DNA of 32,000 nt, taken from Halalkalibacterium halodurans. GTDB taxonomy: Bacteria > Bacillota > Bacilli > Bacillales > Bacillaceae_D. Both the position numbers and the translations under genes were made by a program. Within the stretch, counting starts at the first letter, position 1. The number at the start of each line of letters is the position of its first letter. Below, in pieces: positions 1 through 8,387 of the stretch. The DNA is taken from positions 15,826 to 47,825 of the forward strand of contig NZ_SNUY01000026.1 of NCBI RefSeq assembly GCF_004376175.1, written 5' to 3'. The notes under the pieces are model-generated. The model saw only the letters and a program-made list of their open reading frames with translations. It did no database searches and was not told the origin of the DNA.

Positions 1-43
1 TATAGAGTCAAAAGCAATTAAACATTACAATATCTAGTGTTTA

Positions 44-222
44 TGGACGGTAAGGTGCCCGAAGCGGCTTAAAAGGGAATCTGGTGCAAATCCGGAGCTG
101 TCCCCGCAACTGTGAGTGCTACGAACGGAACGATTTGCCACTGTACATCCTCTACTTCTTGAGAAATGTATGGGAAGGCTTCTAAGTAGGTAAAGCACGA
201 GTCAGGAGACCTGCCTTACTTC
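44..222 (+). promoter_or_regulatory. Cobalamin (B12) riboswitch aptamer in the leader of the RNR operon
   Basis: Conserved core strings AAAAGGGAA, GGTGCAAATCC and GCTGTCCCCGCAACTGT lie at 71-115. B12 box GCCACTG at 137-143, GGGAAGGC at 172-179, AGTCAGGAGACCTGCC at 200-215. Closing helix GTAAGG (50-55) pairs with CCTTAC (214-219). Confidence 0.85.
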
Positions 223-336
223 CACAAGTTTCGCATCTTCGGGGGTTGAGCATGTGAGGCGGCAAGTATAAGGCAGTGCGTGTATTCCGACTGAAAGGGA
301 GGGGGACACGCTTGTGTATTGTACTGTCGTTTCAAG

Positions 337-365
337 CCTTTCTCTCGAAGGAAGGTTTTTTATTT
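337..365 (+). terminator. Intrinsic terminator of the riboswitch expression platform
   Basis: 7-bp stem CCTTTCT (337-343) / AGGAAGG (349-355) with a 5-nt loop, then T6 (356-361). It ends about 25 nt before the RNR alpha start codon. Confidence 0.7.
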
Positions 366-387
366 GGATTGATAGGGAGGAAATAAG

Positions 388-2568
388 ATGACGATGACGA
401 TTAACAAGGAGCTCCACTGGCAAGAGCGACTGAAAGAAAGGTTTCCGCAACTAGAGGTAGAGGATGTTCTTTCTCAAGGGGCTTCGCTTGAATCGATGCG
501 AATGAAGGCGATGGATGAAATCTCCGCCGAACAGCCGGAGTGGACGTTTATTACTGCACGTATTTATTTGGAAGAGCTGTACAACAGCGTCAAAGAGCAA
601 CGAGGGCTGGTGAAACCATATACACAGTTTTACGAACTAATTGAAGTACTTGTAGACAAAGGAATTTATGAAAAGGATCTGCTCAATCGTTATACAAAAG
701 AGGAGATCAATGAACTCGGAGAGCATTTGAATCAAGAAAAGGACGAGCTGTTTACATACATTGGCTTAAAAACATTAGCGGACAGATACCTTGCCCGACT
801 ATATGATCGGACGTTGATGGAATTACCACAGGAACGCTTTATGGTCATTGCTATGTCTCTCATGAAAAAAGAAGTAAATAGCCAGCGCCTTTCGTTAGTG
901 AAGGAAGCCTATTGGGCTCTCTCAAACCTCTATATGACAGTGGCGACACCGACATTTGCTAACGCAGGAAAAGCGGTAGGGCAACTTTCCAGTTGTTTCA
1001 TTGATACAGTGGATGATAGTTTGCGAGGCATTTTTGATAGTTGTACTGATGCTGCGACCGTCAGTAAAAGTGGTGGTGGGCTTGGGATTTACCTAGGAAA
1101 AATTCGTGCCAAAGGATCGTCGATTAAAAATTATCAAAATGTGTCATCGGGTGTTTTGCCATGGATGAAACAGTTAAACAATGTGGCGGTGAGCGTTGAT
1201 CAACTAGGTCAACGACAAGGAGCCATTGCCGTTTACCTAGACATTTGGCATAAAGACATCTTTTCTTTCCTTGATGCGAAACTGAATAACGGAGACGAGC
1301 GTCAGCGAACACACGATTTGTTCACGGCCGTTAGCCTTCCAGATTTATTTATGGAGGCAGTGGAAGCTAGAGACCATTGGTATTTGTTTGATCCACACGA
1401 AATCCGTCAGAAAATGGGCTTTTCTCTTGAGGACAGCTATGACGAGCAAAAGGGGAGCGGGACGTTCCGCGAGCGTTATGAAGCGTGTGTAAACAACCCA
1501 GATTTAAGCCGAACAGAAGTACCAGCGATCGAAATCATGAAACGAATTATGATTTCCCAGCTTGAAACAGGAAGCCCATTCATGTATTACCGCGATGAAG
1601 CAAATCGCATGAATCCGAACAAGCATGAAGGCATGGTCTATGGTTCGAACCTTTGCACGGAAATCATTCAAAATATGAGTCCTACGACAGTTGTAGAGGA
1701 AAAAACAGAAGACGGAAAAATTTTAATTACGAAGCAACCAGGCGATTATGTCGTGTGTAATTTAAGTTCCTTGTCTCTTGCTCGTGTAGTCGAAGACGAT
1801 GTGCTTGAAAGGCTCATACCAATTCAAGTACGGATGCTCGATAACGTGATTGATGTGAACCGTATCGAGGTGAAGCAAGCGGAGCAAACGAACCAAAAAT
1901 ACCGTGCGATCGGCCTTGGGACGTACGGCTGGCACCACCTTCTTGCAAAAAAAGGAATTGCGTGGGAATCGGAGGAAGCGATTCGCTATGCAGATGAACT
2001 ATACGAAACGATTAACTATTTAACCATTCAAGCAAGCATGAAATTGGCAGAGGAAAAGGGAGCGTACCCGATGTTTGCCGGATCAGACTGGGAGACCGGT
2101 GAGTATTTTGAGCGGCGTCAGTATACAACTGACAAGTGGACAGAGCTTGCAGAACAAGTAAAAGAAAAAGGACTGCGTAACGGATACTTACTTGCAGTTG
2201 CTCCAAATGCGACGACAGCGTTAATTGGCGGAACGACGGCCTCCATTGACCCGATCTTTCAAAAGACGTATGTGGAAGAAAAGAAAAACTATCGCATTCC
2301 AGTGACGGCGCCAGACCTTTCGCCAGAGACGACATGGTATTATAAATCTGCGTACCATATTGACCAAACATGGAGCATTCGCCAAAATGGAGCCCGTCAG
2401 CGACATGTCGATCAATCAATTTCGTTTAACCTCTATGTGTCCAATACGATTCGTGCGAAAGAACTGCTGGAGCTCCACTTACTTGCTTGGAAAGAAGGAT
2501 TGAAGACTACGTACTACCTACGTTCCACTTCAATGGAGATAGAAGATTGTGAAAGCTGCGCAAGCTAA
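388..2568 (+). CDS. Ribonucleoside-diphosphate reductase large (alpha) subunit, class I, no ATP-cone
   Basis: 726-aa ORF with SD GGGAGG 7 nt upstream. RNR alpha hallmarks: PTFANAG..LSSCF, catalytic NLCTEI, YYLRS, C-terminal CESC redox pair. The N-terminus has no ATP-cone-like segment. Confidence 0.93.
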   Translation: MTMTINKELHWQERLKERFPQLEVEDVLSQGASLESMRMKAMDEISAEQPEWTFITARIYLEELYNSVKEQRGLVKPYTQFYELIEVLVDKGIYEKDLLNRYTKEEINELGEHLNQEKDELFTYIGLKTLADRYLARLYDRTLMELPQERFMVIAMSLMKKEVNSQRLSLVKEAYWALSNLYMTVATPTFANAGKAVGQLSSCFIDTVDDSLRGIFDSCTDAATVSKSGGGLGIYLGKIRAKGSSIKNYQNVSSGVLPWMKQLNNVAVSVDQLGQRQGAIAVYLDIWHKDIFSFLDAKLNNGDERQRTHDLFTAVSLPDLFMEAVEARDHWYLFDPHEIRQKMGFSLEDSYDEQKGSGTFRERYEACVNNPDLSRTEVPAIEIMKRIMISQLETGSPFMYYRDEANRMNPNKHEGMVYGSNLCTEIIQNMSPTTVVEEKTEDGKILITKQPGDYVVCNLSSLSLARVVEDDVLERLIPIQVRMLDNVIDVNRIEVKQAEQTNQKYRAIGLGTYGWHHLLAKKGIAWESEEAIRYADELYETINYLTIQASMKLAEEKGAYPMFAGSDWETGEYFERRQYTTDKWTELAEQVKEKGLRNGYLLAVAPNATTALIGGTTASIDPIFQKTYVEEKKNYRIPVTAPDLSPETTWYYKSAYHIDQTWSIRQNGARQRHVDQSISFNLYVSNTIRAKELLELHLLAWKEGLKTTYYLRSTSMEIEDCESCAS

Positions 2569-2582
2569 GGAGGATTTTTAAA

Positions 2583-3620
2583 ATGGAGCAGTTACAGAAA
2601 CGAAAAATTTATGATACAACCGCATCCAATGCATCAACAGGCATTTTAAACGGTAAGAGCTCAAACGTGTTAAACTGGGATGACGTCCGCTTCTCGTGGG
2701 CGTACCCTCTCTATAAAAATATGCTCGCCAACTTTTGGACACCATTTGAAATCAATATGAGCCATGATGCCAAGCAGTTTCCTACTCTTACGGAAACGGA
2801 ACAAGAGGCGTTCAAAAAAATCATTGGGTTGCTCGCGTTTTTAGATAGCGTACAGACCGACTATTCAATGCGAGCAGCAGAATATTTAACAGATTCCAGT
2901 CTTGCCGCCCTGATGAGCGTTCTCTCCTTCCAAGAGGTCGTCCATAACCAAAGTTACTCATATGTCTTGTCCAGCTTAGTACCGAAAGCGACGCAAGATG
3001 AGATCTTTGAATATTGGAAGCATGACGACGTATTGAAGGAACGCAATGAATTCATCATAGATGGATACGAGAAGTTTGTGGACAATCCAACACCGAAAAC
3101 GTTTCTCGAATCAATTGTGTACGATGTTATTTTAGAGGGACTTAACTTTTATTCGGGCTTTGCGTTTTTCTACAACTTAGCCCGAAATCAAAAGATGGTA
3201 TCCACGTCAACGATGATCAACTACATTAATCGGGATGAGCAACTACACGTCTACTTATTTACGAACATTTTTAAAGAGTTGCTCGTTGAATTTCCTGAAT
3301 TGAATACGGAAGAAACCAAAACATTCGTAAAAACAACGTTAATGAAAGCAGCTGACCTTGAGAAAGACTGGTTCCGCTACATTATCGGAGACAAAATTCC
3401 AGGAATCAATCCAGAGGATATGGAGACTTACATTTCGTTTATTGCGAATAAGCGAGCCGTACAGCTAGGCATGGAGAAACCTTATCCTGAAATTAAGCAC
3501 AATCCGATGAAATGGATCCGTGCCTATGAGGATGTTAATAGCGGGAAGAGTGATTTCTTCGAACAAAAATCACGCCAATATGCAAAAGTATCGGCCGATA
3601 ACGGTTTCGATGAATTATAA
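2583..3620 (+). CDS. Ribonucleoside-diphosphate reductase small (beta) subunit, class I
   Basis: 345-aa ORF starting 14 nt after the alpha stop, with SD AAGGAGG. Di-metal ligand pattern: FLDS, EVVHNQSY (ExxH plus radical Tyr), LEGLNFYSGF, RDEQLH. Confidence 0.93.
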   Translation: MEQLQKRKIYDTTASNASTGILNGKSSNVLNWDDVRFSWAYPLYKNMLANFWTPFEINMSHDAKQFPTLTETEQEAFKKIIGLLAFLDSVQTDYSMRAAEYLTDSSLAALMSVLSFQEVVHNQSYSYVLSSLVPKATQDEIFEYWKHDDVLKERNEFIIDGYEKFVDNPTPKTFLESIVYDVILEGLNFYSGFAFFYNLARNQKMVSTSTMINYINRDEQLHVYLFTNIFKELLVEFPELNTEETKTFVKTTLMKAADLEKDWFRYIIGDKIPGINPEDMETYISFIANKRAVQLGMEKPYPEIKHNPMKWIRAYEDVNSGKSDFFEQKSRQYAKVSADNGFDEL

Positions 3621-3630
3621 AGTACAAAAA

Positions 3631-3666
3631 AGCAACTGGGACATGCCAATCCCCCGGTTGCTTTTT
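3631..3666. terminator. Bidirectional intrinsic terminator (RNR operon / convergent GNAT gene)
   Basis: 10-bp stem AGCAACTGGG / CCCCGGTTGCT. A-run upstream and T5 downstream, so it is usable on both strands. Confidence 0.7.
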
Positions 3667-3685
3667 CACGTTAAACACACATAGA

Positions 3686-4210
3686 TTAGGTTAGCTTTAT
3701 CCAATAACGCTGGATCGCAATCCCCCGCTCATCTACTACCTCTGAGTCGAGAACACCGACGTTCCTTTGAATGGTCCGAGCCGATGGAAGATTTTCTTTA
3801 TCACATGTAATGAGAACTTTTTCCAAGCCAAGTGCAGCGGCTTTTTCGAGTCCGAGCTTTAACATCAAAGTCGCGTAACCTTTGCCACGTTCGCTTGGGC
3901 GGATTCCATAGCCGATATGTCCGCCGCGATGGTGTAGCCAGTCATTAAGTGTGTGGCGAATATTAATTGCTCCAATTAAGCGCTTCTGTTCATGAACTAG
4001 CCTATAGGTTGTGTTGGCGACTCGATTCGCTGGAAGGTTAACTCCGTGTTGATAATCCTTAAGCGTCTTCAGTAAATGCTCAAACGGGATAGGATTTAAT
4101 CTTAAGGTAAAAGGAATAGGCGTTTCTCCTGAATTTCCCCATTCTTTAAGCATGTCGAGATAGGCGTTTTGATACGCAAGGCTTGGTAGAATTAAAGTGG
4201 CGTTCTCCAT
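3686..4210 (-). CDS. GNAT-family N-acetyltransferase
   Basis: Track ORF is 3686..4270. I trimmed it to the ATG at 4210 (MENATLILPS...), which is preceded by GAGGG. Acetyl-CoA-site-like motif RPSERGKGYATLMLKLGLEKA. Confidence 0.8.
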   Translation of the reverse strand: MENATLILPSLAYQNAYLDMLKEWGNSGETPIPFTLRLNPIPFEHLLKTLKDYQHGVNLPANRVANTTYRLVHEQKRLIGAINIRHTLNDWLHHRGGHIGYGIRPSERGKGYATLMLKLGLEKAAALGLEKVLITCDKENLPSARTIQRNVGVLDSEVVDERGIAIQRYWIKLT

Positions 4211-4490
4211 CACATGTCCCTCTTCTCTAGTATTTTTTCTTATTGTAGGACAAGGGGTTGTACGTTTCAACGGATTTTACCGATTGGATTAGGAGGAAGG
4301 AAATGACTTGTAAAGATTTTGTTCAGAAATGATAAATATGTTTATGTATGCTCGGTGAATGACAAGAAATGGAGGGGAAGAGGGCTTTTTTTCCGCTGTT
4401 TTTAAGCATAATGCAAAAAGCAGAGAAATACAGTCTTTGATATGATGACGCTAGGAAGAGTACAAGATGAATAGAAGGGGTGAACGTTAA

Positions 4491-4880
4491 ATGATGAAGC
4501 TAACAAAAGAAGTATTGCAACCATTTCCACAATTCATTGGACAAAAGCCGCAACGGGTCGTAGAGGAAGCAAGCTGCATCACCTTTGATATCAATGAGTC
4601 TCTTTCTTTGATCTTTAAAGCACGCTCAGAGCATTGTTTAACCGTACGTATTCAGCAATATCAATACGTTGATTGGTCAAGGTATCAACTACAAGTTAGA
4701 GAGCTTATCTCTCATTTAGAAAGCCTTGCCCTAGAATTAGATTTTACAGAAATTGAGTTTGAGTCGAGCAGAAGAACCACTTTGTTAAAAATTTTAGTAC
4801 AGCAAGGCTATAACAACCGATACGGAGGCGTCCGTGGCAATGGCCTTGAAGGGCGATATGTCAAAATGCTCGTTCAATAA
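4491..4880 (+). CDS. Hypothetical protein (129 aa), no domain recognised
   Basis: Intact ORF with SD AAGGGGTGA 7-8 nt upstream of the ATG. It sits between convergent/divergent neighbours and is followed by a hairpin. Confidence 0.6.
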   Translation: MMKLTKEVLQPFPQFIGQKPQRVVEEASCITFDINESLSLIFKARSEHCLTVRIQQYQYVDWSRYQLQVRELISHLESLALELDFTEIEFESSRRTTLLKILVQQGYNNRYGGVRGNGLEGRYVKMLVQ

Positions 4881-4904
4881 AAAAGGGTGGACGCATCATC
4901 CACC
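4879..4904 (-). terminator. Intrinsic terminator of hemAT, overlapping its last codons
   Basis: Stem GGTGGA (4886-4891) / TCCACC (4899-4904). On the minus strand it is followed by T6 (complement of A 4879-4884). Confidence 0.55.
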
Positions 4905-6218
4905 ACTTTCTACCTCAGTCGTTAAGCGATTGAGCTGATTAGCAGATTGAGAAACTTGCAGCGACGATTCATCCAACTCTTTTGTGACGGAAAGAAGTTG
5001 CTGTAAGTCTGTTTTCATCTGCTCATTTTTTGTTTTGACCTCATTCATCGCCTCAGTAATAGAATGGAAGGTTCCAGCCGTCGAATCCATCCCTTTTGAG
5101 CCCTCTGATACGAGTTGATAAATGGTACCGATTGAATCGACAACGGATGCGATCTGCTCTGTTGTTTTTTCGATTAATTGAGACACAGTGTTTGTTGAAT
5201 CTTTTGTTTGATCGGCAAGCTTTCGCACTTCGTTGGCCACAACAGCGAAGCCTTTACCTTTTTCTCCTGCTCTCGATGCTTCAATTGTCGCATTTAACGC
5301 TAGTAAATTCGTTTGGTCGGCAATGCCTTTCACCACGTCAACAAATTCTGTAATTTCAATGGATCGGTCATTGAGATCAGTCGAGATCGTCTGAATATGT
5401 TTAACACTTTGTAAAATCGCATCCATGTTCGAGCTCTGTGTCGTAATTTGTGCTTTACCATTCAATGAAAGTGTCTCAGCCTTGATTGCTAAATCAGTCC
5501 CTTCATTGGCGGAAGCGACCACTGTTTCTGAGCGATGGACGAGCTGCTTGTTTGCTGCGCTCGTTTGTTGAGAAATGGCGGCTAACTCTTGAGCGGCAGC
5601 TGTTAAATGCTGAATTAATTCTCTTTTTTGACGCTCATGTTCAGCCTCAATCCGCTTATTCTCGTTTTCATACGCCTCCAGCACGAGCTGTTGTTCAAGA
5701 TTAAGGAGCTTTATCAATGAGCGGGTGGCCAAGACAATATCAGAAGGTGATTGGAGGTGCTGCTCAAGAAGTTGAATCAACGAATCGGTTAGTTGTTGAA
5801 AAGCCGACACGTACCACTTCGTTTGTAACCCGATACGGACATGGGCTTGAGCAATCTGTAAGCGCTTTTGTAAAAACGCTTGATCAATTTCTCCGTTAAA
5901 CATTTCAAGGATATGCTGTTTTAGTGTCTCTTTTAGCCGTTCAACAGAGCTGTGAGTTTCAATAATTTCGTTTAGGTTTGGTTGCTTTATAATATTTGAA
6001 TAAAAAGCATCAGCGAGAACCTCCATGTTTTCTTCAACGAGAGGTTGTAATGCTTTCATTCGTTTTAAATCATCCAGCGTTAAGTGGATCATACGGAGCT
6101 GTGCAGAAAGCTCGGATTCAGCAGGGAGCTCAAACTTAACAGCAGCTTGTTCGAACTGGTGTGAAAAATAAGATTCTCGCTTGCTTGGTTTAGATTGTCG
6201 AGTAAATAAGGGCAACAT
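4896..6218 (-). CDS. hemAT: Heme-based aerotactic transducer (globin-coupled sensor + MCP signalling domain), HemAT-like
   Basis: 440 aa with SD AAGGAG. N-terminal sensor-globin features: FYSNI distal-Tyr region and QAHVRIGL proximal-His motif. C-terminal MCP hairpin: [38 protein letters not shown]. No TM segments. Confidence 0.85.
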   Translation of the reverse strand: MLPLFTRQSKPSKRESYFSHQFEQAAVKFELPAESELSAQLRMIHLTLDDLKRMKALQPLVEENMEVLADAFYSNIIKQPNLNEIIETHSSVERLKETLKQHILEMFNGEIDQAFLQKRLQIAQAHVRIGLQTKWYVSAFQQLTDSLIQLLEQHLQSPSDIVLATRSLIKLLNLEQQLVLEAYENENKRIEAEHERQKRELIQHLTAAAQELAAISQQTSAANKQLVHRSETVVASANEGTDLAIKAETLSLNGKAQITTQSSNMDAILQSVKHIQTISTDLNDRSIEITEFVDVVKGIADQTNLLALNATIEASRAGEKGKGFAVVANEVRKLADQTKDSTNTVSQLIEKTTEQIASVVDSIGTIYQLVSEGSKGMDSTAGTFHSITEAMNEVKTKNEQMKTDLQQLLSVTKELDESSLQVSQSANQLNRLTTEVESGG

Positions 6219-6276
6219 TTACACTCCTTTTATGATATAAGTAATGGGTCTTTTGATTTAATGAGACCTATCTATA

Positions 6277-6305
6277 CTATCGGTTAAATGTAAATTTTCT
6301 AAAGT
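6277..6305 (-). promoter_or_regulatory. Candidate sigma-D-type promoter for hemAT
   Basis: The minus strand reads TTTAGAAAATTTACATTTAACCGATAG. CCGATA is the sigma-D -10 hallmark, but the -35 (TAAA) match is poor or ambiguous. Confidence 0.3.
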
Positions 6306-6310
6306 GAAAT

Positions 6311-6339
6311 GAAAAACGAGCCTTTTATTCAAAGACTCG
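6311..6339 (-). terminator. Intrinsic terminator after the SDR gene
   Basis: Stem CGAGCCTTT (6317-6325) / AAAGACTCG (6331-6339) with one mismatch, then T5 on the minus strand. Confidence 0.6.
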
Positions 6340-6347
6340 TAGTTCGC

Positions 6348-7130
6348 TCACAAGGTATTTTGGAAGCCGCCTTCAGAATGAATCACTTGCCCTGTAATCC
6401 ATTCGGCATCATCGCTTGCAAGGAAGGCAATAAGGTTAGCTGCGTCCTTTGGCTCACCGAGACGACCGAATGGAAAGCGAGGAAGCAATTCTTGTTTCAA
6501 CTGATCTGACATCCAACCAGAATTGGTGGGGCCTGGATTTACAGCATTGATTGTGATCCCTTTTTTTGCCAGCCCGGTTTTCAACGTATACGTTAAAGCT
6601 TCCACGGTTGACTTCGTGATAGCATAAGAAAGCTCATTTGCCATCGGCCCTTGAGACCACCCTGTCGTTAGTTGGATGATTCGTCCGCCATGCCCCTTTG
6701 AAAAGCGCTTCGCGAATTCAGAGGTTAATAATGTCGTAGCCCGCACATTGATAACGTAATGGGCATCAAGATTCTCACTTGTAATCGTTTCATAGGAATC
6801 ATTAACGGAAACGCAAGCGTTGTTCACCAAAATATCGGCTGTTGTCCCAAACCGCTGTTCAAATGCGTTAAAGATTTGTACGTATGCATTATCTTCTGAT
6901 AGATCCAGCTCCAGGTGTGCTACGGCAACTCCATGTGACTCAAGTTCCTTCGCCAAACGCATTGGCTCATCGTTTTCTCCCTTTACGCCTAAGGTCTGAT
7001 CATAGTGAAAATAATAAGTGAAAAACACATCAGCGCCTCGTTTGGCAAATTCACGGCAAATGGCTGCTCCGATCCCACTTAAACGACTAACCCCTGTAAC
7101 AATAGCACGTTTTCCATGAAGGTTTTTCAT
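6348..7130 (-). CDS. Short-chain dehydrogenase/reductase (SDR) family oxidoreductase
   Basis: 260 aa with SD AGGAGGG. N-terminal Rossmann motif TGVSRLSGIGAAI, NNAC motif, catalytic YAITK (YxxxK). Confidence 0.88.
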   Translation of the reverse strand: MKNLHGKRAIVTGVSRLSGIGAAICREFAKRGADVFFTYYFHYDQTLGVKGENDEPMRLAKELESHGVAVAHLELDLSEDNAYVQIFNAFEQRFGTTADILVNNACVSVNDSYETITSENLDAHYVINVRATTLLTSEFAKRFSKGHGGRIIQLTTGWSQGPMANELSYAITKSTVEALTYTLKTGLAKKGITINAVNPGPTNSGWMSDQLKQELLPRFPFGRLGEPKDAANLIAFLASDDAEWITGQVIHSEGGFQNTL

Positions 7131-7152
7131 CGATTCCCTCCTGTATTAAATG

Positions 7153-7187
7153 AATAAAACAAGCCAGGCCGTCGTTTTGACCTGGCT
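7153..7187 (-). terminator. Hairpin/terminator between the DUF1292 gene and the SDR gene
   Basis: 7-bp stem AGCCAGG (7162-7168) / CCTGGCT (7181-7187) with a 12-nt loop. The minus strand continues GTTTTATT. Confidence 0.4.
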
Positions 7188-7193
7188 CCTACT

Positions 7194-7445
7194 TTATTGT
7201 TCTGGGAAGTTTTCGTCAGCGTTTATTGCGATTTCATATGCGGCAACGAGCTGTTCAATTTCGTCTTCTGTTGCATTCACAAGCGACTGGGAGCCATTGT
7301 GCTCTTCAATTCGCATGATTTCCATCTCCTGACCAGAAGAAATCATTGTGTAATGCTGTCCTCCCATTTCAAAAACAGCTTCTACTTCATATTCATGCTC
7401 ATTACCTTGTTCATCACGAATTGTGATGTGATCTTTATCTACCAT
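7194..7445 (-). CDS. DUF1292-family small acidic protein
   Basis: 83 aa with SD GAGGTGA. The pattern ITIRDEQGNEHEYEVEAVFEMGGQHY is typical of DUF1292/UPF0473-like proteins of Firmicutes, from memory. Confidence 0.7.
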   Translation of the reverse strand: MVDKDHITIRDEQGNEHEYEVEAVFEMGGQHYTMISSGQEMEIMRIEEHNGSQSLVNATEDEIEQLVAAYEIAINADENFPEQ

Positions 7446-7516
7446 GATGTCACCTCTTCCTTTCGTCTCGTTTTAGTTTGCCCAATGAAAGGAATGAGAA
7501 ACGTGAGGATTCATGG

Positions 7517-7825
7517 TTATGCCCATTTTTCTCCCCACTGCTGAATCGCTTCAATCACAGGTGTTAAATCCTTCCCCTTTTCCGTAAGTTCATACTCGAT
7601 CCGCACGGGCTTTTCTGGATAAACGTGACGAATGACAACTTCAAGCTGTTCAAGCTCTTTCATCCGTTCGGTTAAAATACGATCACTCATACCAGGAATT
7701 TGCGCTTTAATGTCTTTAAAGCGTTTTGGACCAGCTAAAAGCACTCGTATGATAAGCCCTGTCCATTTCTTTCCTAATAAATCGATCGCGGCTTCGTATT
7801 TTGGACACATTGTATTGTAATCCAT
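7517..7825 (-). CDS. HxlR-family winged-helix transcriptional regulator
   Basis: Track ORF is 7517..7903. I trimmed it to the ATG at 7825 (MDYNTMCPKYEAAIDLLGKKWTGLII...), which is preceded by GAGGTGA. Classic HxlR N-terminal CP...LGxKW motif. Confidence 0.85.
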   Translation of the reverse strand: MDYNTMCPKYEAAIDLLGKKWTGLIIRVLLAGPKRFKDIKAQIPGMSDRILTERMKELEQLEVVIRHVYPEKPVRIEYELTEKGKDLTPVIEAIQQWGEKWA

Positions 7826-7941
7826 TTTCTTCACCTCATCTAACGTTAGTTTACCACATGTTTTCAGTCGAGATAAATAGCAGGGGAGTGTAGGTAAAGG
7901 CAATTAAACTTTATTAATTGATTAAATTTTCGCAAAAAAGA

Positions 7942-7971
7942 TTGACCATTTTCAGAACTCTGTTATATAAT
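7942..7971 (+). promoter_or_regulatory. Sigma-A-type promoter for the small ORFs at 8025-8344
   Basis: TTGACC (7942-7947), 18-nt spacer, TATAAT (7966-7971). Confidence 0.45.
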
Positions 7972-8024
7972 AACTTAAAAATAAATACTATGTTATAACA
8001 CACATAATAAAAGGAGGAAGGAAC

Positions 8025-8171
8025 ATGATGATGAGTCGACAAGAACGTGAGAACATGATTGAGTTTTTGACACAGAGGAAAGATTTTTCAACGGAGAAGC
8101 TAATGGTCATGACAGATGCTGAGATCGAGCATCTTTATGAGCGGGCATACAGCCATCATGAACGAGGTTAG
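8025..8171 (+). CDS. Small hypothetical protein (48 aa), not in the ORF track
   Basis: ATG at 8025 preceded by AAGGAGGAAGG. Translation: MMMSRQERENMIEFLTQRKDFSTEKLMVMTDAEIEHLYERAYSHHERG. It may belong to a small conserved Bacillus family (name recalled as BH0509-like, unverified). Confidence 0.55.
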   Translation: MMMSRQERENMIEFLTQRKDFSTEKLMVMTDAEIEHLYERAYSHHERG

Positions 8172-8242
8172 GTTCGTAAGTGGGCGCGCCTTATAGTATA
8201 CTACTTGTTGGAAAAAACTTTTTACGCTAAGCAGGTGGTATC

Positions 8243-8344
8243 GTGAGATTGTCAAATAAGGCGCTGTTTATTTTAATAACGGTCATTGTCCTTATGTATG
8301 GATTTGGTTATTGGATCATCGGTCATTTTATTTTGACACGATAA
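8243..8344 (+). CDS. Putative 33-aa hydrophobic (single-TM) peptide, not in the ORF track
   Basis: GTG at 8243 with AGGTGG 5 nt upstream. Translation: VRLSNKALFILITVIVLMYGFGYWIIGHFILTR. A strong terminator follows immediately. Confidence 0.35.
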   Translation: MRLSNKALFILITVIVLMYGFGYWIIGHFILTR

Positions 8345-8350
8345 GAGAAA

Positions 8351-8385
8351 ACACTGACGAAGGGGGGACTCGTCAGTGTTTTTTA
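8351..8385. terminator. Bidirectional intrinsic terminator (small ORFs / mgtE)
   Basis: Perfect 10-bp stem ACACTGACGA / TCGTCAGTGT with a 9-nt loop. T6 follows on the plus strand and a T-rich tract on the minus strand. Confidence 0.8.
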
Positions 8386-8387
8386 TC

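Noticed and set aside
202-450. 82-aa minus-strand ORF
   Set aside because: It is antisense to the B12 riboswitch expression platform and the start of the RNR alpha gene. It has no SD, and the region is explained by the riboswitch.
4303-4332. 9-codon mini-ORF (MTCKDFVQK) with a strong AGGAGG SD in the GNAT / 129-aa gene intergenic region
   Set aside because: It is too short to support as a gene from sequence alone, and no associated attenuator structure was found. It could be a chance SD-ATG pair.
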